From NCBI RefSeq assembly GCF_004010195.1, contig NC_057727.1, positions 10,978,132 through 11,042,131 of the forward strand: a stretch of 64,000 nt of DNA, written 5' to 3'. Under the pieces are notes generated by a model. It was not told the origin of the DNA and searched no databases. It saw only the letters and a list, made by a program, of their open reading frames with translations. Position 1 is the first letter of the stretch; each line of letters begins with the position of its first letter. This document shows positions 27,205 to 39,400 of this stretch, piece after piece. Source of the stretch: Chiloscyllium plagiosum. Lineage: Eukaryota. The position numbers and the translations under genes are program-made.

Positions 27205-27429
27205 CTGGTAGCCAAATTGGTTGCAAGGAAAACCCAGAATTACAAACCCCTGGTTGCCGTAGCGACTCTGGAGCTCATTCATCTGTTGGTAATCCCTGAT
27301 GGTTGTGCCTCATAAGGATGCAACATTTTCGATCAACACCACCTTTCCTATGAGGTTGGAGAAACTGAAGATCTCACCATTGAGTAGTTCCATAGATAAT
27401 TCATAAAATGTCATTCCATTATCTGCCAT
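27205..27429 (-). CDS. GPX1: Glutathione peroxidase 1-like selenoprotein, exon 1 (Sec40 = TGA at 27312-27310)
   Basis: [75 protein letters not shown] |gtaaac; 191 aa in total; U, Q, W, N tetrad intact. Confidence 0.93.
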
Positions 27430-27647
27430 CTTCCTTGCTAGTATTTAGCACTTTTCTGCAACACACTTAGATACAGGAGCGTTCGTACTTTTGAATAATT
27501 GGAAATGTGCTCAAGATATCAAGTCAGTAACAATCTTTTGAAATTTTTGATACTTTGATCCAAGAAAGAACATCACCACTCTAAGAAAAAAAGACAATAA
27601 ATAAATTACATCTGCGTGCACTCTTGTCTGCAAAACCACCTATGATA

Positions 27648-27653
27648 TTTATA
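27648..27653 (-). promoter_or_regulatory. Candidate TATA box of the GPX gene
   Basis: TATAAA about 220 nt upstream of the ATG; AT-rich context, so weak. Confidence 0.3.
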
Positions 27654-27774
27654 TCAACTTCTTCCCATCATAGACATATTCTATTTTAAATATATATTTA
27701 TGTAATTACAGAACAACCAAGTTTACATGTTTGTTTTGATAGAAGTGATGCTGTCGTAACTCAATTTTGCAGTT

Positions 27775-27902
27775 AGGAGAAAGTGAGGGACTCCAGATGC
27801 TGGAGAGTCGAGTCAAAAAGTGTGGTGCTGGAAAAGTACAGCAGATCAGGGCAGCATCTGAGGAGCAGCAGAGTGGACATTTTGGGCATAAGCTCTTCAT
27901 CA
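27775..27902 (-). mobile_element. Penelope pLTR fragment
   Basis: Same family as 36-129, decayed hammerhead. Confidence 0.65.
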
Positions 27903-28559
27903 CATTCATGATTGAAGGGTTGTACTTTTCCAGTGCTACACTTGTCAACTCTCAATTTTACAGTTCCAAGCTCGCCCATCTGGATTACGCAAAAAATTCC
28001 TTTGCTCCAGTCAACTCAATTTCTACTTTCTCAGGTCAGACAGATGGATCGCTTGGAATTTCCAACTGAAACCTTACAAGAAGTGTAAGACTCCCTTCAC
28101 ATATTCAAAGCATCCAGTACCTTTGTGGCAGTTACTTTCGGCTTTTTTTAAAGGTCTGCTTAAATGTTGACAAATAAGGAAGTATGTGCAGAAGTTTCAA
28201 TGCTGTCTGTTTTCAATAAAAAGTAAATTAAAAAATAAACAGTAAACAATTCAGTCTTTCTTCATTCTTTAAAATTTTGATTACATTTTGCCTAATTCAA
28301 TTGTATTAGTATCAAGGCTGTGCTCAGTCATGATTTTCAAACCTAGCTTGCCCAGTAGTGATGAGGTTGATTCAGTTTTGACATCCAGTTTATACTCTGT
28401 AATATGTTCTTTTGAAAACAACATAAAATTGAGTAGGTTGTAGACAGACATTTAAACCCATGGGTTTCATTCCCAATGGAGTGTAACACTAATTTACCCT
28501 AACCAAGTTTAACAACGTTGGATTAAGCATCATAAAATCAGCCCAGTTTTTTTTTCTAA

Positions 28560-29860
28560 TTCATTCATGGAATGTGGGTGTGACTAGGTGGGGAAGGTAT
28601 CGAAAGCTTCCTGTTGAACATTCAGGTCCATTTGATGTAGGTAGACCCACAATATTAGTCGAGAAGAGGTACCAAGATTTTGACGAATAACTGAAGGAAC
28701 AGCAATCTATTTCCAAGTCCAGATGAGAAGTGACTTGGAGGAGAACTTGCAAGAACTGCTGTTTCTATGTATTGCTGTCCTTATCCTTCTCAAATGTAGT
28801 AATGTAGCTTTGGAAGATACCATCTGAGTGTCTGTGAATTTCTGCAGTGTGCCTTAAGGATGGTACATGCTGCTGCAACTGAGCATTGATGGAGGGATTG
28901 AATGTTATGCAAATCAAACAGGTTTTCTTATCCTGGATGATGTCATGTTTCTTGAATGTTGTTGGAGCTGCACTCATCCAAGCGAGTGGTAGTTTTCATC
29001 GGCAGACTTTGGGGAGTCAGGAGGTGAGTACCTGCAGGATTTCTGGCCTCTGATCTGCTTTGGAGACTACAGTATTTATATGGCTTGTCCAATTCAGTTT
29101 CTAGTCATAGTAACCCTCAGGATATAGATAATAAAGGATTCAGTAATAGTGATACCTTTGAATGTCAAGAAGCAATGGTTAGATATCTTTTTTGTTAGAT
29201 ATTGGTGTTGAAAATGTTACTTGTCAAGTGCCTGCCCAAACTGAATTATATCCAGGTCTTGCTGCATTTAGACTCGCACTGCTTTAGTATCTCAGGAGTT
29301 GTAAATGGTGCTGAACATTGTGCAATCATCAGCGTACATCCCAATTCTGACCTTTCGATGGAGCAAAGATTGTCAATGAAGCAGCAAAAGATGGGTAGGC
29401 CGAGGACAATACTCTGAGGAAACTCTGCATTTATCTTCGAACTGAGGTGACTGACCTCCAACAATGACAACCATATTCCTTTCTCCAGTTATGATTCCAA
29501 CCAGCAGAGACTTTGTCCCCTGATTTCTGTTGTTTTGCTAAGGTTTCTTGATGTTAGACTGAGTCAAATGCTGCCTTGATGTCAAGCATAGTAACTCTCA
29601 CCTCACCTCTGGAATTCAGCTCTTTAGTTCATTTATGAACCAAGGCGACAATGACGTCAGGAGTTGAGTGGCTGTGGTGGAATCCAAACTGAGTATTAGT
29701 GAGCGGGTTATTATGACGCAAGTGCTGGTTGATACACTATTGATGACCCCTTCCATCACTTTTCTGAGTAATTAGAGTAGATTAATGGTGTGGTAATTAG
29801 CCAGGTTGGATTTGTTCTGCTTTTGTGCACAGGATATACCTGGGCAATTTTCCAGGATAT
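28560..29860 (-). mobile_element. Decayed CR1/L2-group LINE
   Basis: RT remnants (PQSIVLGLPIFCCFIDNL); same family as 12650-13855. Confidence 0.7.
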
Positions 29861-29944
29861 AGCTGTGCTGGAAAACTATATATTGTTATTAAATCTATTT
29901 TATTTTTTAAAAAAAGGTTTTAACAGCACTACCACTCTACAACA

Positions 29945-30038
29945 TCGACAGGGGCCGAAACGTCTGCAACACAAATTCCCAGCTCGGCGAGCAGAACCAT
30001 AATGAGCACCCGAGCTACAAATCTCACAAACTTTGAAC
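29945..30038 (+). mobile_element. Penelope pLTR 3' fragment
   Basis: GAAACGTCTGCAACACAAATTCCCAGCTCGGCGA..CAAACTTTGAA, as at 43695-43740 and 43945-44030. Confidence 0.7.
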
Positions 30039-30114
30039 AACATAACCATTTACAAGTATACCACATGCATGAGAACATTATCACATGCAAGTTAATTCTG
30101 ATGTCCCTGCTACA

Positions 30115-30570
30115 GATTGTTAAACTTGAAAAGGTTCAGAAAAGATTTACAAGGATGTTGCCTGGATTGGAGGATTTGAACTATAGGAAAAGGCTGAATA
30201 AGCTGGGGCTTTTGTTTCCTTGGAGCATTGGAGGCTGAGGGGTGACCTTATAGTGGTATATAAAATCATGAGGGGCACAGAAAGGGTGAACAATGTCTTT
30301 TTCTTCAGGTTGGGGAGTCCAAACCTCGAAGGCATAGATTTAAGGTGAGAGAGGAAAGATTTACAAGGGACCTAAGGAGCAACATTTTCATGCAGAAAGT
30401 GGTGTATGGTGTATGCTAAAGGAAATGATGGAGGCAGGTACATTTACAACACTTAAAAGGCATCTGATGGGTACATGAATAGTAAGGGTTTAGAGAGATG
30501 TGGGCCAAATGCTGGCAAATGGGACTAGATCAGTGTGGGATTTTTGTTAGGCGCAGATGAGTTAGACTGA
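30115..30570 (+). mobile_element. CR1 LINE 3' fragment
   Basis: KLEKVQKRFTRMLPGLEDLNYRKRL. Confidence 0.8.
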
Positions 30571-31989
30571 AAACTATAGTTCATTGCCTCAGTTTTCCTT
30601 TTATACTGATGTCTAGCTTCCCCCATCATTTAGGCTTCTCCTTTGGTTAGTTGTATAATTATACAACCATATTGGCAGGACTGCAGAAATGTCTCTTGAC
30701 TGCTTAACATGCATGTAGTTCTTTATTATTGCATGTGCATCCTTCAAGGCAAAAATGGCCATCTAGCCATTTATCATCTAGCCTATTTGATGGAACTTTG
30801 TGGAGTACGCAGGTTATTACAACAGATAATCTGTACCCAGAAAGCCATGCTGCAAATAGGACACTACAGACAATTGAGCTTTAGACAATTTACTGCCTTG
30901 GATTTCCTCTCCTAGCTTAAAATGCATAAAACTGTATAAAACCCTGGGACCTGATCAGGTATACCATAGAACTCTGTGGAAAACTAGGGGAGTGATTGCT
31001 GGGCCCCTCAGGATTTCTGAGATAATTGTATCATCGATAGCCACAGGTGAGGTGCTGAGTGACTAAAGGTTGGCTAATGTGCCACTATTTTAAAAAGGTG
31101 GCAAGTTGCATTTCTGGTCAGAAAGGATATCACAGCTGTGCTGAAGGAGGGCACTATTGGAGGACTCGAGCAGTGAGGCATTATGGACAGAGCTCAAATA
31201 GGAAGGGAAACAATGTTGGGGCTATACTACAGGCTTCCCAACAGCGAGCATGAGATAGAGGTACAAATATGTAAACAGATTATGGAAAGATGTAGGAACA
31301 ACAGGGTGGTGGTGATAGGAGATTTTTATTTTCCTAATATTGACTGGGATTCACTTTGTATTAGAGGTCCAGATGGAGCAGAATTTGTAAGCAGCATCCA
31401 GGAGGGTTTTATAGAGCACTATGTCAGTATTCAACTTGGGAAGGGTCCATACTGGACCTGGTGTTAGGGAATGAGCCCAGTCAGGTGTTGAAGTTGCAGT
31501 AGGGGACTACTTTGGGAATAGTGCTCACAATTCCACAAGTTTTAGAATACTCATGGACAAAGATAAGATTGATCCTAAAGGAAGAGTGCTAAATTGGGAG
31601 AAGGCCAACTATAGCAAAATTTGGCAGGAGCTGGGATATGTGGATTGGGAGCAGTTATTTGAAGGTAAATCTACATTTGATATGTGGGAGGCTTTTAGAC
31701 AGAGGTTGATTAGGGTGCAGGACAGACATGTCCCTATGAAAATGAGGGATAAAAATGCAAGATTGGGGAACCATGGATGACAGGTGCAATTGTGATACTA
31801 ACAAAGCAAAAAAAGGAAGTGTACATAGGGTCTAGGTGACTGAAAACAGATGAAGTTTTGGAAGAATATTAGGGAAGTAGGTCCAATCTGAAATTAGGAA
31901 TTAAGAGGGCTAAAAGAGGTCATGAAATATCTAGCAAACAGGGTTAAGGAAAATCCCAAAGCCATTTATTTGTATATAAAGAGCAAGAG

Positions 31990-32605
31990 TGAGATGTTAA
32001 AGGGTTAATTTGTTCTGCTGCCCTTCAAGAAATTGGATGTCCCAGGGAGTAGGGTAGTATGTCTCTGTCTTGCAGGTAGAATGTAAAAAAAATTACATTG
32101 CCATCTCCTGCTATTCAGAATCAATAAGAACATTGCAGTTAAAATTCTGACCACACCCTGAAGTTAAAATAAATGATTTACATCAGATCTTGTTATTAAG
32201 GAAAGATCTACATCACATTGTTTCCGAAATAATCATAGAGTCATAGAGGTCTACAGCATGGAAACAGACCCTTCGGTCTAACCCACCTATGTTGACCCGA
32301 TATCCCAACCCAATCTAGTCCCACCTGCCAAATCACTACATTGTGTCTTAAGTGGCATGTGACTATGGGGGAGTGGCTGGGGGTTATCTTGTGAGCATTA
32401 CTGACTGTGATGTAAAATCTTATATAAAGGAAAAATTGCTCTGTTTGTTCAGAGAGATCTCTTGACACAGCTTCGCAAGCATTGCTAAGAGTGTTAAGTG
32501 ACACTCCAAACCTTGAATTTGCTTAATGAATTTTGGCTGTTCACAGAAGTTGGCGTATTGCAGTTGCATCAAGTGTCTAAGAATCTCAAGAAAAAGAACC
32601 TAACA
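31990..32605 (+). repeat. 5' LTR (contains a CR1-tail insertion ~32235-32330)
   Basis: TGAGATGTTAAA...AAGAACCTAACA; colinear with 35887-36419. Confidence 0.9.
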
Positions 32606-32610
32606 TTTAT

Positions 32611-32631
32611 TGGCAGTAGTGGGATTCCAAC
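32611..32631 (+). promoter_or_regulatory. Primer-binding site, tRNA-Leu-like
   Basis: TGGCAGTAGTGGGATTCCAAC resembles the complement of the vertebrate tRNA-Leu 3' end (GTTCGAATCCCACCACTGCCA). Confidence 0.7.
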
Positions 32632-33404
32632 AGCTTCTAGATGGACTAAGTGATTACCTGCATGACAGTAACATGAGACAGATGGGCCCACTTGGTAAGA
32701 TTACTTTGATCTCTCTCATTAACTAATCACTCAATCAACCCCTCGTCCCCTAGGAGTCTGCAGTGATGGAATCTCTGAGATAACATGCACTTGTAAGCCA
32801 ACGAGTTTGCTTTCAGAACCCTAGAATTTGGAGGTTTGAGTCCTCAGAACCATAAGTTCACTGGAAGGGAGGTTAGAGTCCCTCCCTGAATTCACAGGTT
32901 TGAGTTCTCGGAACCACAAGTTACTAGAAAGGGAAGTTAGAATTCGGAGGTTAGGGTCCTCTAATAGTGGGGTTTGAGGCATTGGAGCATAGTACATAAG
33001 ATAAAGAATAACTAATGTGTCTGTCACAATCACCCTGCCTTAGACCAGTTGTTAAGAGGGGAAAATCCCCCACATGAAGGTCAGGAACCTGAACTGGGTG
33101 TGAAGATTGAAGACACTGGACTAGATTATAGATAAGTTAGGAAGTTGAGACTTTAAAAATGGTACAGATGTTGGATAACTCGGGTGTCAGAACCCCTTTG
33201 CTTCGGTTATGCTGGGATGACCCCAAAATGAGGAATGGTTCAGGTGCCTGTCAGGATGTTTTTATATTTTAAAAAAATTGGGAAATGAAATTTGGCTGAA
33301 AGGAGGAACTTGGGACATAGATAAATGTTTAAAAGCAGAAGAGGCAATTTGGAAACGTAATATGGGGACTAAATGGAAAACTTTCATATCCACATGAGGA
33401 AAAA

Positions 33405-33515
33405 AAGCAGGAATTTTCAGCATTGCTTCACCTGAGGCCCACTGAAGATGTTACCTAGTGGGGTAACACAACGTCTGGAAATGAACCTTCCAGCTCAGTG
33501 AGCAAACCTACATCC
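33405..33515 (+). mobile_element. Penelope pLTR fragment (second family) inside the LTR element
   Basis: CCA-CTGAAGA-T-GTTACC-loop-GGTAAC-(ACAAC)-GTC-TGG; same family at 47030-47820. Confidence 0.7.
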
Positions 33516-35230
33516 ATGGTGAAAGACTGCTGAGGAAATAAACAAATCTAAACAGGCCAGCTGGGAGAATTATGCGTGTCAAAGAGGGATTAGAAGTGTG
33601 ATAATGAGGGAAAACCGAAGTCTTGGGTCTGTGTAAGGATTATGATATGAGTAAAGGAAAACAGGAAAAATTGAGAAAGCAAAGACAAAATAAGGAATCA
33701 GAGTCAAAACACCAAGCTGGACTATCAAGTAGGAATAAAATGGAGGTACCTCCTGACATGTTTGGTCTGCCAATAATGTTTCAGGGACACCTATTCAGAA
33801 CTCACTGTATGTCCAAAATCTCCTCAAAGTCATCCTCCTTCCCAAGCAATTGACCATAATCAAATGTGCTGCTCTCTGTGAACTGGCAGGCACTAAATAG
33901 ATCACTGACCTCAAAAACAACAAGCATACCAGACATTGTCACTGTGCAGCATTTACAGGGGGATGTCCCTGACCCAGAAAAACAAATATGGAAGACGCAT
34001 GGGTGTTCGCACTCTGTGTCAAAAGTATGTATACCTAATGCTTGTTACCAACGCTAATAATACCTGGAATATTTTATTCCGTTTTTACTGTCATTTTACG
34101 TTTCAGTTCATAGATGTCAATTTAAATTGTAGCTATTTAGAAAATATTCATACGTTGCTTTTTGTTAAGTGACTACTCATTTCCATTTTCTACAAGTTTA
34201 CACAAAACTATTAGCAATTAGTACTTCCTAACAAAAAAATTGAAGTACTTGTTTGTGTATTGATGTTATATTCTATGTAAAACATATTATTTCTATCAAT
34301 TATTTACAACATTTTAGAATTAGAGATCTTGGCGTGTGAGATGACACAAGAACTTAATTAGTATACTGTAATTAGCTTACTGTAATTTCAGAAGGGACAA
34401 GTGCAATGGCTATCAGTTCCTTTTGAATGATTCTCAGCTGGCAGGACTGTTTAAAGATTGACTAGATATAGCAGCAAAAAAAAAATTAAACTTCAAGGAA
34501 AAATCTACAAGTGAATACTGCTGGTAAAGCCTTGCTCAGGTGATCAGGAAAGTAGAAGACTTGAAATTAAATTTTATTACAACTAAGCATAAAGTCAAAA
34601 GTAACAGAAGTTTGAAAATGTAGTTAGAAATCAGGAACTGTGAAATACTTTTCCTGACAGCTTTCACATTAGGCAAAAATGCGTACTGCAGATGCTGGAG
34701 ATTAATGTCAAGAGTAAGGTGCTGGAAAAGCACAATAGGTCAGGCAGCATCCGAGGAGCAGGAAAGTCGATGTTTCAGGCAAAAGCCTTTCATCAGAAAT
34801 TACATTCACATTAGCCAAGTATTAATTTGTTAAAGGAAAATACTTTTTGAACAACATGAATGGGGTCCCAGAGAGATTGATTTTAGGACCATTGATTGTT
34901 GTTTATAAATGACTGAATTGTTCAGGCAGTACAGTTTAAAAGTTTATGGATTGTATAATACTTGATAATGTCATAAATAGTGAACAGAGTAACAGACTTC
35001 AAGAATTCAAAGAATGTTGAAATCGGAAGACACAATTTAGTGTAGTTAAATATGTGACTCTTCATACTGATACCCACCTTGGCAAGGAAGGAATGAGACA
35101 GGAAATGCAAAGATACTTTCAGCAACTAATATCATCTCTAGAGTTTCTCCATTCACAGGTAAAGCACGCCCTCGGACCACTGCCCACCTCTCCACAACCT
35201 GGTCCAATGGATTCAATCAGCTCCCTTGTC

Positions 35231-35540
35231 ATGAGCATGAAAAGTGAAGAAGCTAACTATGGTGAAGAGGTAAAGGTCCATACGCTTTTTGTCAGTGGCC
35301 GCCCTATGGATATTAAGCTACGTGAGCTTTACTTTCTCTTTCGATCATTTAAGGGATATGAAGGTTCACTGATCAAGCTAACACCAAAGCAGCCAGTTGG
35401 CTTTGTTATATGTAACAGCAGAGCTGGAGCAGAGGCAGCAAAGAATGCTACGTTCACCTGCAGCACTACATGCTCAGGTGCGCTGGTATTCTCCATCTGA
35501 AACATCTCCGCAAGAATTGACGTGTCGTCAGTTTTGTTAA
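35231..35540 (+). pseudogene. RBPMS2: Processed, internally deleted RBPMS2 retrocopy inside the LTR element
   Basis: Intronless [61 protein letters not shown] fused out of frame to C-terminus [26 protein letters not shown]; UTR-like sequence and AATAAA (35833) follow. Confidence 0.88.
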
Positions 35541-35886
35541 GTATTTAATTGTCCTCATCCAAGAATTCAGATTTCTCCATGGAATGGTGTGCAAGTACAG
35601 ACTGGATTTTGTTTTCAGGTTGGAGTTTAATGAAGGAGATTTTGGATAACTGGCTCGTTTTCACTCAACTTAGAGGGGGTGGACTGGTCACTAAGGACTG
35701 TGGATTTAAGAACTTTACTGGTGAACTCTTTTATTTCCACCTGGGAGGATCCTATCTACTGCATGGACTAGTAATTCTTGATGTTATAATAATTGTATGT
35801 TGTGTGTCAATACTGGCTGTCAGATTCTTATGAATAAACTGGTAGTGCCTTTTAATTGGTTATCATGGAATGATAAAAGGAGGGAA

Positions 35887-36419
35887 TGAGATGTTAAACG
35901 GTTAATTTGTTCTGCTGACCTTCAAGAAATTGGATGTCCTGGGGGTGGGGTTGGTATGTTTCTCGGTCTTGCAAGTAGAATGTAAAAAAATTTGCATTGC
36001 CATCTCCTGCTATTCAGAGTAAATTTACTTCGTCATTTCCTGCTATTCAGAATCAATAAGAACATTACAGTTAAAATTCTGACCACACCTTGCAGTTAAA
36101 AAAAGGATTCACACCAGATCTTGTCATTAAGGAATGATCTACATCAGTTTCTCGAAATAATCAAATCACTACATTGGGTCTTGAGTAGCATGTGACTATG
36201 GGGGAGTGGCTGGGGGGTTGTCTTGTGGGCATTGCTGACCGTGATGTAAAATCTTGTATAAAAGGAAGAACTGGTCCCTTTGTTCAGAAAGATCTCTTGA
36301 CACGGCTTCGCAAGTGATCCTCCAAAGCTTGTACTTGCTCAATAAGTTTTGGATATTCATAGAAATTGGCATATTACTGCTGCATCGTGTGTAAAAGTCT
36401 CAAGAAAAAGAACCTAACA
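35887..36419 (+). repeat. 3' LTR preceded by polypurine tract
   Basis: AAAAGGAGGGAA|TGAGATGTTAAA...AACCTAACA. Confidence 0.9.
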
Positions 36420-39400
36420 AGAGGATAACTAGAGAAAGGGTTGGCCCACTCAAGAAGAAAGGAGGAAAGTTATGTGTGGAGTCAGAGAAAATGGGTGAGG
36501 TTCGTAATGAGTACTTTGCATGAGGGACATGATGGATGTTGGGGTTAGGGATAGATGTTTGAATACTCTAGGTCAAGTCGGCATACGGAGGGAGAAAGTG
36601 TTGAGTATTCTAAAAGTTATTAAGGGAGACAAGTCCCCAGGTCCGGATGGGACCTATGCTGCTACCTTCAGGTTACTGAGGGAAGCAAGAGAGGAAATAG
36701 CTGGGGCCTTAACAGATATCTTTACAGCATCCTTGAACTCAGGTGAGTCCCGGAGGACTGGTGATTTGCTAATGTTGTCCCCTTGTTTAAGGGTAGAAGG
36801 GATAATCTAGGTAATTATTGACTGGTGAGCCTGATGTCAGTGATAGGGAAGGGGCTGGAGAAGCTACTGAGGGATAGGATCTATTTACATTTGGAAGAAA
36901 ATGGGCTTATCAATGATAGGCAACATGGTTTAATGCATGTTGCAGGGAAGGTCATGTCCTACCAACTTAATAGAATTCTTTTAGGAAGTGACAAAGTTGA
37001 TTGATGAGGGAAGGGCAGCAGATGTCACATACATGGACTTCAGTAAGGCATTTGATAAGGTTTCCCCATGGTAGGCTGATGGAGAAAGTGAAGTCGCATG
37101 GGGTCCAGGGTGTACTAACTACATGGATAGAGAACTGGCTGGGCAGCAGGAAACAGAGAGTAAATAGTGGAAGAGAGTTTCTCAAAATGGAGAACTATAA
37201 CCAGTGGTGTTCCACACGGATCTGTGTTGGGACCACTGTTGTTTGTGATCTGGAAGAAGGTATAGGTGGTCTGATTAGCAAGTTTGCAGGAGACACTAAA
37301 TTTGCTGGAGTAGCAGATAGTGAGGGGTTCTATCAGGGAATGCAGCAGAATATAGATAGATTGCAGAGTTGAGCAGAGAAATGGCAGATGGAGTTCAAAC
37401 CGGTCAAATGCGAGGTGATGCATTTTGGAAGATCCAATTCAAAAGTGACCTATACAGTAAATGGAAAAGCCCTTGGGAAAATAAATGTATAGAGAGATCT
37501 GAGTGTTCAGGTCCATTGTACCCTGAAGGTAGCAGCATAGGTCAATAAAGTGGTCAAGAAAGCATGCTTTCCTTCATCGGACGGGGTATTGAATACAACA
37601 TTTGGCAGATCATGTGACAGTTGTATCGGATTTTGGTCAGCCACATTTGGAATACTGTGTACAGTTCTGGTTGCCACATTACCAAAAGGATGTGGATGCT
37701 TTAGAGAGGGTGCAGAGGAGGTTCATGAAGATGTTGTCTGGTGTGGAGGGTGCTAGCTATGAAGAGTGGTTGAGTGGATTGGAGTTATTTTTATTAGAAA
37801 GATGGAGGTTGAAGGAGGACCTGATTGAGGTCTACAAAATCCTGAAAGGTATAGACAGGGTGGATAGCAAGAAGCGTTTTCCCAGGGTGGGGGAGTCAAT
37901 TACTAGGGGATCATGAGTTCAAGGTGAGAGGGGAAATGTTTAAGGGAGATATGCTTGAAAGACAGAGGGCGGTGGGTGCCTAGAACGTGTTGCCAGTGGA
38001 GATGGTAGAGGTCGGCACGATAACGTCATTTAAGATATATCTAGACAGTCACGTGAATGGGCAGGAAACAGAGTGTTACAGATCCTTAGAAAATAGGTGA
38101 CAGGTTTAGATAGAGGATCTAGCTCAGTGCAGGTTTGGAAGGCCTAAGGCCCTGTTCCTGTGCTGTAATCTTCTTTGTTCTTTCTTTGAAAAGCCAGGGA
38201 ACTATAGACTAGCAAGCCCGACATCAGTGGGGGGCATGTTATTGGAGGGAATCCTGAGGGACAGGATTTATATGTATTTGGAAAAGCAAGGACTGATTAG
38301 AGATAATCAACATGGCTTTGTGTATGGGAAATCGTGCTACACTAACTTGATTGAGTTTTTTGGAAGAAATAACAAAGAGGATTGATGAGGGCAGAGTGGT
38401 AGATGTGAACAATATGGATTTCAGTAAGGCGTTCGAGAAGGTTCCTCATGGTAGACCGGTTTCTCATGGTAGACCAGTTAGCAAAGTTGGATCACATGGA
38501 ATACAGGGAGAACTAGCCACTTAGATACAGAACAGGCTCAAAGGTAAAAGACAGAAGGTGGTGATGGAGAAAGTGAGGACTGCAAATGCTGGAGAGTCAG
38601 AGATGAAAGGTGTGACACTGGAAAAACACAGCAGATCAGGCAGCATCTGAACAGCAGGAGAGTTGACCGTTCGAGTATATGTCCTTCATCAGGAATGTGA
38701 TAGGGGTGGTGGAGGATTGCTTTTCAGGCTGGAGGCCTGTGACCAGTGATGTGCCACAAGGTTTGGTGTTGGGTCCAGTGCTTTTCGTCATTTATATTAA
38801 TAATTTGGATGTGAACATAGGAGGTATGATTAGTAAGTTTGCAAATTATACAAAAATTTGAGGTGTAGCAGACTGCAAAGATGGTTACCTCAGAGTACAA
38901 AGGGCCAATGGGCTGAGGAGTGGCAGATGGAATTAAATTTTGGGAAGGCTAATCAGGGTAGGACTTGTACACTTAATGGTAAGGTCCTGAGTAGTGTTGC
39001 TGAACAACAAGATCTTGGAGTGCAGATTCATAGTTCCTTGAAAGTGGAGTCACTGGTAGATAGGATAGTGAAAACGGCATTTTGTATGCTTTCTTTAATT
39101 GGTTAATGCATTGAGTGTAGGAGTTGGGAGGTCATGTTGCAGCTGTACAGGACACTGGTTAGGCTACTTTTTGAGTACTGTATGCGATTCTGGTCTCCCT
39201 GCTCTAGGAAAGATGTGAAACTTGAAAGGGTTCAGAAGTGATTTATAACAATATTGCTAGGGTTTGAGCTACAGGGAGAGGCTGAAAAGGCTGAGGCTGT
39301 CGTCCCTGGCGTGTGAGAGGCTGAAGGGTGACCTTATAGAGGTTTATTAAATCCTGAGGGGCATGGATAGGATAAATAGACAAGGTCTTTTCCTTGGGTG

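Larger units (their letters stand above)
31990..36419 (+). mobile_element. Non-autonomous LTR/ERV-like element with 4-bp TSD AGAG
   Basis: Paired LTRs TG..CA, TSD at 31986-31989 and 36420-36423, PBS, PPT, gag-matrix-like remnant (WLKGGTWDIDKC ~33293); no pol or env seen. Confidence 0.88.
31106..38187 (+). mobile_element. Inner CR1 LINE (31106-31989 joined to 36424-38187), split by an LTR element
   Basis: Endonuclease motifs LYYRLPNS, VVIGDFYFPNIDW; RT motifs KSPGPDG, SKFAGDTK; TTCTTTG tail. Confidence 0.8.

Noticed and set aside
35054-35500. 148-aa ORF as a functional RRM gene
   Set aside because: RRM is truncated after AKNA, conserved residues are changed and the C-terminus is out of frame; it is a captured retrocopy
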